Part shown: in pieces, positions 52,473-64,000 of the stretch
Position numbering within the stretch: position 1 is the stretch's first letter
Layout: every line of letters begins with the position of its first letter
Assembly: GCA_964016885.1 (NCBI GenBank)
Contig: OZ024762.1
Span: 6,634,001 to 6,698,000 of the forward strand
DNA length: 64,000 nt
Origin: Eledone cirrhosa
Lineage: Eukaryota
Direction of reading: 5' to 3'
The notes under the pieces: model-generated
Seen by the model: the letters and a program-made list of their open reading frames with translations, nothing else
What the model was told of the DNA's origin: nothing
Database searches by the model: none
Made by a program: the position numbers and the translations under genes

Positions 52473-53228
52473 TGCATATACTGTCTTTTTAGGTTGGGCA
52501 TCCTTTTAAGGGGCTCCTGTAGTGTAAACAAAGGTCTGACAGACTGCTCTTCACACACACACACACACACAAATATATACAATACTCTTGAGACTAATTG
52601 CTTACAGGCTCTCCTCTTTCAGTGATGGTATTCAGGCTATGAAAGAAATCACTCTCACATTTTTAAATTACATTCTAGCCCTCCAGAGGTTAGTCTATAC
52701 TAAATAACTTGAACCAAGCTTACAAACTACCATCACTACCATCATCATCACTACTATCACTACCACAATCACCACTACCATCACTATCACTATCACCACC
52801 CCCATCATCACCACTATCACCACTATCACCACTGCCATCACTATCACCACTACCATCATCACCACTACCATCATCATCACTATCACCACCCCCATCATCA
52901 TCACTATCACCACTACTATTATCAACATCACCACCACCATCATCATCATCATCATCACTATCCTCACTACCATTATCATCATCATCGCTATCACCACCGT
53001 CATCACCACTACCATCATCATCACTATCAGCACTATCATCACCACTACCATCATCACTATCACCACTATCATGACCACTACCATCATCACTATCACCACT
53101 ACCACCATCATCACTATCACCACTACCATCATCATCACAATCACCACTACCACCATCATCACTATCACCACTACCATCATCATCACAATCACCACCATCA
53201 TCATCTCTACCACTCTGACCACCACTAC

Positions 53229-53267
<39 letters not shown>

Positions 53268-53365
53268 TAATAATTAGTGAACAAAGAATCAGTGTTGCAT
53301 CAGATACATATTTAATCACATATCGAGGAACGATCAATTATGTTTCTTCCTTGAGCTGATCAGCT

Positions 53366-53905
53366 CCTGAAACTGAACCTGGTTCACCAATACTAAGGTG
53401 TTTCACCTTTTCAATAGCAAACCCCCTGAAACTGAACCTGGTTCACCAATACTAAGGTGTTTCACCTTTTCAATAGCAAACCCCCTGAAACTGAACCTGG
53501 TTCACCAATACTAAGGTGTTTCACCTTTTCAATAGCAAACCCCCTGAAACTGAACCTGGTTCACCAATACTAAGGTGTTTCACCTTTTCAATAGCAAACC
53601 CCCTGAAACTGAACCTGGTTGACCAATACTAAGGTGTTTCACCTTTTCAATAGCAAACCCCCTGAAACTGAACCTGGTTCACCAATACTAAGGTGTTTCA
53701 CCTTTTCAATAGCAAACCCCCTGAAACTGAACCTGGTTCACCAATACTAAGGTGTTTCACCTTTTCAATAGCAAACCCCCTGAAACTGAACCTGGTTCAC
53801 CAATACTAAGGTGTTTCACCTTTTCAATAGCAAACCCCCTGAAACTGAACCTGGTTCACCAATACTAAGGTGTTTCACCCTTTTAATAGCAAACCACCTG
53901 AAACC
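53366..53905. repeat. 59-bp tandem array, about 9 copies
   Basis: Period 59 (53367, 53426, 53485). Confidence 0.95.
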
Positions 53906-53934
53906 ACCCCTGCTTTCACACACTGAATATATAT

Positions 53935-54625
53935 AAGTGTTTATATTTATCTTAAAAAAAAAAAAAAAAAAAAAAAACTTCCATCATAATTTTTTGGAAG
54001 GTCCTTTTGTTAAGTTATGTTCCAAACACCAGCTTGAATAATAGTTTCTAATTTAGGCACAAGGCCAACAATTTTGGGAACAGGAAAGGTCGATTAAATT
54101 GACCCCAGTGCATTACTGGTACTAAGCTAGCCTCGGTAGAATTTGAAATCAGAATGTAAAGGGCTGCAACTCTATGCTGAAAAGCACATTGTCCAACGCT
54201 CTACTGATACTGCCAATCCACCTCCATGACACCAGCTTAAATAATGAGAAAGTTAGATATATTTCTAAATCCCTCCAAATTCTTGATTATTTGAAAACTG
54301 TAGGTGGTGTCTTCCATTAGAAATAGGGGGGGGGGGGGCAAAGGGTGTAAGTGTTTATATTTATCTTAAAACCTTTCATCATAATTTCATGTAAAAACCT
54401 TTGTTATGTTATGTGCCAAACACTAGCTTAATGAGAGTCAGTTTATATGAGTAAATCCTTCTAAATTCCTGATTATTTCATTAGAAATATGGTTATGAAA
54501 GGATTAAAGTGTTTGTATTCATTTTAAAGCTCTCCATAATAATTTTATGTAAGAACCTTTGTTAAGTTATGTTCCAAACACAACCTAAATAATGACAAAA
54601 TTAAATATTTTACCAAATCTCTCCA
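53935..54625. mobile_element. Dispersed AT-rich repeat family in tandem ~190-bp units
   Basis: CATCATAATTTCATGTAAGAACCTTTGTTAAGTTATGTTCCAAACAC..TGATTATTT..GAAAGGGTTAA. It recurs near 2545-2780, 3900-4010, 19785-19840, 29010-29220 and 56135-56440. Confidence 0.6.
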
Positions 54626-55814
54626 AAACGGCTGCTTCTGACAGGACTGAGTGGAATAAGTAGGCGAGGAAGAAGACGAAGTAATGAAAGGATCATTCTC
54701 CATCCTGTCGGCTGGGATCACGAGGCAGATGGTAAGTTAGTTGAAGTGGAGGATACTCGTTTGGATGTCACACATATACATACATACTCAACCACTTATA
54801 TATATATATCCAGGGAGTGTAATGTGCAGTTACTGTAGGTTCACCCACATAAGCACTCAATGTTTAGATTCACTGTAAAGTGGTTGTGTAGGTGTCACAA
54901 CAAAAAGTACCCAGTACACACTGTAAATGTGATTAGCGTTAGTAAGGGCATCTAGCCATAGAAACCAAGCCAAAAGCAACACTGTATGAGCAATGCATGG
55001 TCACCAGACCTGGCATTTCTCACAACAGGACCGCTCGTCTAAGTCATGCTAGCACAGAAAATGGAAGTTAAATGGTGACGATGATGATGATGATATATAT
55101 ATATATATGAAATAAAAGAAGTTAGTCTTTTGAGAAATTGAAACTTGCATTCATATTATAATATGGATTGGCAGTATCGGTAGAGGGTCGGACGCCAGGT
55201 TAACTTTGCCTTTCATCCTTACGGGGTCGATAAAATAAAGTACCAGTAATACACTGGGATAATTGTTGGCCTTGTGCCAAAAGTAGAAACAATTATATTA
55301 TATACATATATTTAATAAATTCAGTGGAGCAATGTGAAATGCAATTTCTTGCTCAAGGACACAACACATTGCTAGACCTTTCAATCAGAAGCTGAACACC
55401 TTAACTACTAAGCTACATGCCTTCATACATACGGTATATACGTTCAGTAAACAAATGTCCTTGCTATATGCTGCTATTACTATGGATACAACTTCTTGCT
55501 AAAGAGCTCACAGCAGGTTTTTATGGTTCTTATCCAGCATGCATCAACAAACATACATCATACGCCATAGTATGGTAAGAGCAATGATGCACTTGTTAAC
55601 ACCTTGTCTCTCACACACATACACACACACATTATATATATGTGTGTGTATGTGTATATATATATATATATATATATGCGTGTGTGTGTGTGTATTTATA
55701 TACATATGTGTGTGTACGTGTGTGTGCGTGTGTATGTATGTGTGTGTATGTTTATATATATATATATATATGCGTGTGTGTGTGTGTATATATATACATA
55801 TGTATGTGTACGTG

Positions 55815-55853
<39 letters not shown>

Positions 55854-57949
55854 GTGTGTACACACAGAGAGGGCATGAAAATACATATGTCAAATCTGAA
55901 ATAGAAAATAATGCTCTTTGAGATGTGTAAATAGTGGAAATGAGTTCTTTGAATATAAAAGACCAGAATATGCCTAGAGCAGTACTGATGGTGAGAAAAA
56001 GGTGGGGAGGAAAGTTATCTCTACACACCAAATATCATGTGTGTGTGGTGTGTGGGGGTAGTGGGTAATGTGGTCTAGAATAACATTTCTTAAAATACAA
56101 ATGCCAACAATAAGGACAGTCTGGCAAGGATTCTTAACCCTTTCATTTCTACATTTATAATGAAAGACACTGTTCTCTATGATTTTTCAAATAATTTGGA
56201 AAATAATCAAGAATTTGGAGGGTTTTAGTAATATAACTAAATTTCTCTTGGGACATAACTTAACAAATGTTTTTACATAAAATTATGATGGAAGGTTTTT
56301 TTTTTAGATAAATATAAACACTTTAATCCTTTCATAACTATATTTCTAATGAAAGGCACTACCAGTGATTTTCAAATAATTTTGAAAATAATCAAGAATT
56401 TTGAAGTATTTACTAATATAATTAATTTTCTCATTATTAATTTAGAAAAAGTATGAATTATAAAAATAATCATGTAATTATTAGCTGTCACCTATTTCTT
56501 GTTTTGTTGCCTATTTTGGTGTTTTGTTTTGAATTAACTCATAATTGTTTCTACTTTTGGCACAAAGCCAGCAATTACCCAGTACATTACTGGTACTTTA
56601 TTTTATCGACCCCGTAATGATGAAAGGCAACGTTAACCTCGGCGGGATTTGAACTCAGATCATAAAGGGACGTAACTCTATGCTTCAAAGCATGGCGTCC
56701 GACTCTCTACCGATACTGCCAATCCACCGTAAAATGACAAGTTGTTAAAACATCAGAGAGAATGTTTTGCAGTATTTAATCTGGCTCTCTTCTCTCTCAG
56801 TTCAAATATTGCCTTTCAATCTTTCGAGGTCAATAAAACAATGTACTGTCTAGTACTGGGTTTTGATTCTTCCTCTATATCTCTTTCTCACTTCCACTCT
56901 CTCACTTTCTCTGGAAGAAATCTGCTGTGTTCCAGCCTGGAGAGGAGATGGGGGTTTGCCAGGTTTAAAAAAATATCCTAGAAATGTTGTATGCCATTAC
57001 AGTACCCCCATGACTCCATCAGGAGTTATGGGACCACCTCTTTCTATTTCATTCTGTAAAGAATTATCTAAAAACAGGTTTGTTAACTTGTATATTTATA
57101 GTATCCTTATGAATAGAGAAATAGTATTGGAGTAAAGATGTTAGTTTTAAATGTGATTGCTCGAGTCAAATGTTTAAAGTGTCTTTATTAGTGGACAGAT
57201 TATTGTGAAAACTTGCAGTGAAATAAAATATAGACTTTAATTTTTACTGTGATGCAGTCATAGTGTTGTTTTGTACTTTTTAAGAATGTCTTGCTAATGT
57301 GCTATAGGATATTAAAACTTTATAACCCAGAAATATAATTTTGAAATATCAAGTCTCATTTTAAAGCTATGACATTAACGAATAATTATTATAGAACAAA
57401 TCATTTTTTAATGTCAAATAGGACCCCTACCACCAAAAAAACAAAACCAAGGCATTCTGCAGCCATTTCTTCACTTTGTTTTACTGGCATTGGACCTATT
57501 TTGGTTCCAATGACAGATGCTCCAGTTGTTCAACAGAACAGCCTGCTTATGAAATTAACATGTAAGTGGCTGAGTATTCCACAGACACATGTACCCATAA
57601 AATATTTCTCAGGGAGATTCAACATGAGACAGTGTGTGATATGGTTGACCCATTGAATTACAAGTACAGTCCATGTTATATTAAAAGTGGCTGAGTATTC
57701 CACCAATATGTGTACTCTTAACATAGTTCTCAGGGAGACACAATGAGTGGCGTGGTTGACCCATTGAATTATAGTTACAATTAATTTTTCTTTCTAGCAG
57801 AGTGAACTGGAACGGTGTGAAATAAAATACCTTGCTCAAGGACACAATGCACCCCTAGGAACCAAACCCACAACTTCATGGTCATGAGCCAAACATCCCT
57901 AACCCCAACTTCATTTTTAACATAAACCCTCTCATAACCATCTTCTTCT

Positions 57950-58258
57950 TAGCCAGTTTCGACCCGGGCCAAAGCGACAAAATCCCTCTGCCACATGTCT
58001 TGAGGTCTTGGATGCGATCCAGGCCAGTGTCTTAGATCAGGTTGTCAATGTAAGTGTAACAGTGTTTTCCTCTCCTTATAACTCCATGAAATGGGTTCCA
58101 AAGAACTTGGATTCTTCCAGTCCAGGGTGTTGTACACAATCATCAGATACGTAGAGCTTTCTTTGCCTGATTTTTTTTCACTGACTTTTGGCAGGTCTCC
58201 ATAAATGTATTTATTTGTCATATGTTGCTGCCATTTCACATTAAGGGCCATTCATAGC
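57950..58258 (-). mobile_element. RTE-clade LINE 3' fragment, different family
   Basis: MALNVKWQQHMTNKYIYGDLPKVSEK..CVQHP..LWNPFHG..RRGK..TYIDNL across frameshifts. Confidence 0.65.
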
Positions 58259-59374
58259 AACCTTCATGATTCCGCACTCATAGAACTTCTGGTCGTTATC
58301 AGCCAAAAACTGAAACAAGTGTGATTTCAGGTCATCATCATTACTGAAAGTTTTACCAATCAAAGAACTTTGGAAACTTCTAAATAAATGTTAATCTGAT
58401 GGTGCAAGGTCAGGGATATATGGTGGATGTGACATCACTTCCCAACCAGGCTCCAATAATTTTTCACAAGTCAGCAAAGACACGTGTGGTCTAGAGTTGT
58501 CATGGTGGAACACAATTCCTTTAAAATTTGCCAATTCTGGCTGTTTTTCTTTGATTGCTTCCTCCAGTTTCATCAGTTGTTGACAGTAAATATCTGAATT
58601 GATCATTTGGCTCCTTGGCAGCAGCCCAGAATACACAACACCTTTGTAATACCACCAAATTGACAGCATGACCTTTTTTTGAATCAATTCAGCTTTTGAT
58701 GTGGTTTGTGCTGGTTCATTAAACATTATCGTTTTCGATTGATGTTATTGTAGACAACCCATTTTTCATCACCAGTGATGATTTGTTTAAAAAAAAGGTT
58801 GATTTCATTGCGTTTGAGATGCATATCGCAAATATTGATTCGTTGTGTTAAGTGAATCTCTTTCAATTTATATGGAACCCAAATATTGAGCTTCTTAATG
58901 AGTCCAAGACATTTTAAGTGATTTTCAATTGTTGTGTGATACATTTAACCCCTCTGCAATCTATCACACAGTTATATGACAATCAGATTCAATTATGGCT
59001 TTGATTCGGTCATCAACTTCAGTGGACCAGAACGCTGGTCATCTTTGAGTGAAAAATCTCCAGAACGGAATTTTTAAAACCCTTTCTGACATGTGTGTTC
59101 TGTTAAGCAATCAACACCATAAACTTCACATATCTCTTTGTGAACCTCAGCAGCTTTCTTGCTTTTATGGAAATAAAAAAGCAAAATATGGCGAAAATGT
59201 TTGTTTTTGCACTCCATGTTAAAAGTGACACTGAACTAACAGCTGTAAACAAAATTACACGCAATTTGCTATCAAATGTCAAAAGGAAAAAATCTCAACA
59301 TTGACAAAAGTCATTCAAAAAATTTGTAACTCTATCTACTTGCGAAAAACGAAATAACTTTCTTGCCAACCCAA
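58258..59374 (-). mobile_element. Mariner (DD34D) transposon, mellifera-subfamily-like, frameshifted, right end missing
   Basis: TA|TTGGGTTGGCAAGAAAGTTATTTCG TIR; ATG at 59217 MECKNKHFRHILLFYF; WVPYKL, ITGDEKW, HHDNSRPH, HPPYIPDLAPSD. Confidence 0.92.
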
Positions 59375-59896
59375 TATACACTTTGAAATATATAGGCATA
59401 AATAAGACCATTATTGCTCCAATCAGTCCACAAACACTCAACAAACAACCTATGACACCTGCCAAACCAAATCACACCTATCTTCCAAATTCAGCAAATC
59501 AAATGCAAGCCACACACCTTCCTAAACTCAGCATACCGAACTGAATCACAACAGCCACCAAAATGTTTCTATACAATAAAGCCATGTAGTTTCTATACAA
59601 TAAAGCTAATAAAGCTATTATTATTTGCAACAACTATGACCCTATTATGTTATAGGCCGTGTTCCACCTACTCCCGTCGTCTCTGAACTTTAAACCTTCA
59701 AACTATCCACCTAGAAGATGTGATGCCACATGTCAAGATGTCAAGTTCGTACAACACAACATAACACACCAGAAATATATAGCTTATTATTATAAACACT
59801 TTGAAATATATATCTTATTGTCTAAGTAGCCAATCACTCGAACTCTTACAAAGTGCTGAGAAGATGATAAAGTTAATATAAAGCTAGGTGCTTTAA

Positions 59897-60116
59897 CCCT
59901 TTAGCATTCACATTATTTTATATATACAATTATATTTTCATGGTAAAGGCTTTACGTCACATAATTATCTCACATGATATCGAATCTATGAGATTTTGAA
60001 AGTATTTATTTTGAAAACAATAACTTAACATCAGTTTGAGTGACCAGTTACAGTCAGTTTCAACAGAAAAAGGTAGAGAATTCTGGCCGGTTTTGGCCGG
60101 TTTGAACACTAAAGGG
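59897..60116 (+). mobile_element. piggyBac-type MITE, uninterrupted
   Basis: TTAA|CCCTTTAG ... CTAAAGGG|TTAA. Confidence 0.9.
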
Positions 60117-60566
60117 TTAAACCATTAAGCCAAGAGACTGACAACTCCAACCATCTTAAATTAGATAGCTGAAACACAGCTTTTAGATGTTGACAGACAT
60201 TATGTAAACAAAGAAACATTACTTATATGTAGCTGATCTCTTGGACTTTTACAAAGTGCTGCGAAAATGAAGTTAATATAAGTATTATAAACACTTTTAG
60301 ATATACAATGGAACGTCAGTTCATGAAAGGTCTCTCATCATCAACAATTTTTCCGAACATAAAATATGGAGGGATTTTCTAAAAGTATTAATTATTTCCT
60401 TACTAAGATATTAACTCAATGTAAAGTTCTTATTTAAAATTATGTTGGGAGATTTTAATTTAAATTGAGTAACAAATATGCAAGTTGGCAACAATGGTTG
60501 GTAACAAGCTGGGAGTATCAGTTGCTGTGTAGTTAGTTACTATGGTGATATCTATGTCTTTCACAC

Positions 60567-60612
<46 letters not shown>

Positions 60613-60669
60613 AACATTTTGTATGGGAAAAATAGTTTCGTTTTACGAACATTTCGCAGGTAGGGACTA

Positions 60670-60775
60670 TAGGTTCCGATACCTAGGTGATCAGATTAGT
60701 AAGGGAGGCGGGTGCTCCGAGGTCATAGTATCTAGAATAAGGACGGGTGGAAGAAGTTTAGGGAGCTGCTTCCTC
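60670..60775 (+). mobile_element. RTE LINE small fragment
   Basis: FRYLGDQISKGGGCSEVIVSRIRTG..KFRELLPLLT. Confidence 0.75.
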
Positions 60776-62138
60776 TGTTGACAAAGAAGGGTTCAGGAAT
60801 GAATTAAGTTTGTGAAGTGAGGTTCCACTGTATAGCTTACTATTATAAACCATTTGGAATATATAACTTGGTATTATAAACCATTTGGAATATATAACTT
60901 GGTATTATAAATGCGGGGTCAGTTTGAGGTGATCTGGAATCAAAAGGGTTAATGATTAGGAAGAGAAACTTATTGATGAGATGATCTTTTAGTAAAGGTG
61001 ATTAGCGACTTGGAATATGAATATGGTATCAAAGTCAGTGACAGGAAATTAATCACAGCTCCTCCCCAACATCATTAGATTTCATAATCATCAATGATGG
61101 TGGACAGAGTAATATTACTTGGAGAAGGAGAGGAAGAATAAAAGACTGGTGGTGGTGGTGGTGGTAGTTGGTGGTGGGTGGTTGTGGGTGGTGGTAGTTG
61201 GTGGTGGGTGGTGGTAGTGGTGGTGGATGGTGGTGGTAGTTGGTGGTGGTGGTAGTGGTGGTGGGTGGTGGTAGTGGTGGTGGATGGTTGTGGTGGGAGG
61301 TGGTGGATGGTGGTGCGGGTTTGTGGTGGTGATTGGTGGAGGGTAGTGGAACACGGTGGTGGTGGGAAATGGTGATGGTGGAGGGAGGTGATGATGGTGG
61401 TGAGTGGTGGTGGTGGTGGGTGGTGGTGGTGGGATGTGGTGGGTGGAATACTGATAGTAATGATGGTGGTTGGTGATGGTAGTAGTGGTGGTCGTTGGTG
61501 GGATGATGGCGGGGGGGGGGGGGGGGGCGGCGTGATGATGGTGGTGCGGGAATGGGCATGATGGAGATCTTGAAAAAACTAGTTTTTGCTAACACTACTA
61601 CCACCACCACCACCACCACTACTACCACTACTACCACCACCACCACAACTACTACTACCATCACCACCACAACTACTACTACCACCACCACCACCACCAC
61701 CACTACTACCACCACCACCACCACAACTACTACTACCCCCACCACCACAACTACCACTAATACTACAACTACTACTACTAATGGTGGTAATGGTTGTAGT
61801 GATGGTGTTGGTGGTGGTGGTGATGGCGGTATTGGTGGTAGCAGTGGTGGTATTGGTGGTAGCAGTGGTGGTATTGGTGGTGGTGATGGTGGTGGTGGTA
61901 TTGGTGGTTATGGTGGTAGTGGTGGTGGTGGTGGTGGTGGTGGTGATGGTAGTGGTGATGGTGGTATTGGTGGTGGTGGTGGTGATGGTGGTATTGGTGG
62001 TTATGGTGGTAGTGGTGGTGGTGGTGGTGGTGGTGGTGGTATTGGTGGTGGTGATGGTAGTGGTGGTGGTGGTGGGGGAAATGAAGAATCTTTAACCCTT
62101 TCAGCATATTTATCTGTTGAAATTAATATTTACTTTGT

Positions 62139-62412
62139 TGGCCTAATGGTTAGGATGTTTTACATAGGACAGTAATGTTGTTGGTTTGATTCCCAGACAG
62201 GCTGCTGCATTGTGTTGTTGAGCAAAACACTTTATTTCACGTTGCTCCAGTACACCCAGCTGAGAGTGAGTACCAGCAGTAGCTGGGGAGTTAATTCTGT
62301 GATAGAGTGGCATCCTTGCCAGGGAGAGACTTGTACTCTCAGCTGCTTAGCACCAAGGAAACTAGGAATTAGTGCAGGCCTGATGAGGCTTTGGCTAAGA
62401 ACAGACTTTAAC
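62139..62412 (+). mobile_element. tRNA-CORE SINE with V-like domain
   Basis: TGGCCTAATGG, GGTTTGATTCCC, CORE motif, CTGTGATAGAGTGGCATCCTTGCCAGGG. Confidence 0.7.
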
Positions 62413-62469
62413 TAACTTAACTTTTAAATGAAGAGCTTGGTAAGATTAATTAAAATAATAAACTAATAA

Positions 62470-62843
62470 ATATGGTAGTGAGACATGGGCGGCAACTGCA
62501 GAGGATATGCGACGGCTGGAGAGAAATGAAGCAAATATGCTCCGTTGGATGTGCAATGTCAATGTGCGTGAACGACCAAGCATGGACAAGTTGAGAAAGA
62601 AACTGGGTATAAGAGGGATAAGTTGTGGTGTGCAGGAGAGAAGGCTGAGATGGTATGGACATGTGATGCGCATGGAGGATAACCACTGGGTGAAGAAGTG
62701 CCAAGAAATCCCAGTAGAAGGAAGACGAGGAGATGATGAAGGACTGTGGCAAGTGGAGAGATGCTGTGCTGAATAGGACCCGTCCAACCCTTGCAAGTAG
62801 GGAAAAGCAGACGTAGAATGATGATGATGATGATGATGATGAT
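62470..62843 (+). mobile_element. RTE LINE 3' end with (GAT)n tail
   Basis: YGSETW..MRRLERNEANMLRWMC..RRLRWYGHVMRMED. Confidence 0.9.
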
Positions 62844-63159
62844 ATATTATAAATAGTGTTTGGAAGATAAATTAACAAAATAGGATTTTTAGATAATATG
62901 ACACTACTGTAGCATGACCACAACCCAGCACCTGGAAGAGGTAAAAGAGTAATATTATGATGGCTGGTTTTATTTTGAATAACAAGTTAAAACAGATTTG
63001 GATGTTAGAAAGGAGATGTGGTGGTCTTAAGTGGATTGGTAACATAAGTGTTAAAAATCAATGGAGGAAGATTGAGCAGGAACAGATGAGAGTTTGGAAG
63101 ATGAAAGGAAGTAGCAGGTGTTTAGAGAGAAGGACCATTTATATATGTGTGTGTGTGTG

Positions 63160-63452
63160 TGGAGAGACAGAGAGAGACAGCGAGTGTGTGAGGAGACAGG
63201 GTGTATGTGAGGAGACAGGGTGTGTGAGGGAGACAGGGTGTGTGAGGGAGACAGAGGGAGACAGCGAGTATGTGAGGAGACAGGGTGTGTGAGGGAGACA
63301 GCGAGTGTGTGAGGGAGACAGGGTGTGTGAGGGAGACAGCGAGTGTGTGAGGGAGACAGGGTGTGTGAGGGAGACAGGGTGTGTGAGGGAGACAGCGAGT
63401 GTGTGAGGGAGACAGGGTGTGTGTGAGGGAGACAGGGTGTGTGTGAGGGAGA
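63160..63452. repeat. 18-20-bp minisatellite GAGGGAGACAGGGTGTGT
   Basis: Seen directly. Confidence 0.9.
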
Positions 63453-63767
63453 CGTAGCTTCAGTTCACTCAGCTGGACAAAAAGGAGTAGTGCCTGTAAT
63501 TCCCACTGCATGGTGCTGAATCTCCCTGAGACCTACTTCGTTGAGGATGTATGTGTCTGTGGAATGCTCAGACATTTGCCTGTTAATTTCATGAGGAGGC
63601 TGTTCTGTTGATCAAACAACCGGGACACTCATTGCTGGAAGCAACAGAGGTCCAACACATACACATATCATCATCATCAACATTTAATGCCCACTCTTCC
63701 ATGTTGACATACATTAGACATATATATATATATATATACACAATGATATTAAATAAATGGAAACTAT

Positions 63768-63872
63768 ATTTATAAAACGATATTTATTTTATTATATATA
63801 TTTCAAGGGTACCAAGACACATTGGTACGCTTTCCTCAGATAAAATACAAAGTTTGTTTTATAAATAGAGAC
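63768..63872 (-). ncRNA. Type I hammerhead ribozyme, family A copy 3
   Basis: Minus strand reads TATTTTAT-CTGAGGA-AAGCGTACCAA tgtgtc TTGGTACCCTT-GAAATATATATA-ATAAAATA, with all core nucleotides intact. Confidence 0.85.
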
Positions 63873-64000
63873 ATACCCATGAAAATCATACCTTATCGGT
63901 TGGATATTCTCTGGATAGTCCAAAGAATATCCAACCGATAAGGTATGATTTTCATGGGTATGTCTCTATTTATAAAACAAACTTTGTATTTTATCTGAGG
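63834..64000. repeat. Perfect inverted repeat, arms at least 77 bp, 13-nt loop
   Basis: 63834-63910 is the exact reverse complement of 63924-64000 and runs off the window. Confidence 0.95.

Noticed and set aside
58391-58944. SETMAR-like domesticated gene
   Set aside because: Frameshifts, a stop codon, a TIR and the absence of a SET domain indicate a dead mariner copy.
62375-62400. CTGATGA as a hammerhead core (also near 23527, 29920, 31872, 39021, 40716, 51067, 58570)
   Set aside because: No stem II plus GAAA plus stem III arrangement follows. These lie in SINE tails, TE coding sequence or chance matches.

Overview
This is eukaryotic, AT-rich, repeat-saturated DNA with no confidently identifiable host gene. 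Most long ORFs in the track are microsatellite translations. The repeat content (tRNA-derived CORE- and Meta-like SINEs, RTE LINEs, very long (TA)n/(CA)n/(GAT)n/(ACC)n arrays) suggests an octopod cephalopod intron or intergenic region; this is inference. Recognisable parts are fragments of RTE, R4/Dong and L1/Tx1 LINEs, mariner, Tc1 and DD37D-like transposons, TTAA-flanked piggyBac-type MITEs, a non-autonomous Helitron and many minisatellites. The main hidden signal is a set of short non-coding islands in or beside (TA)n tracts that carry type I hammerhead ribozyme motifs from at least five unrelated sequence families, often as inverted pairs or foldbacks. One family has three complete copies with a compensatory stem II change. 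This fits non-autonomous Penelope-like/retrozyme-type elements targeting (TA)n. All structures were folded by eye, and coordinates of decayed repeats are approximate.
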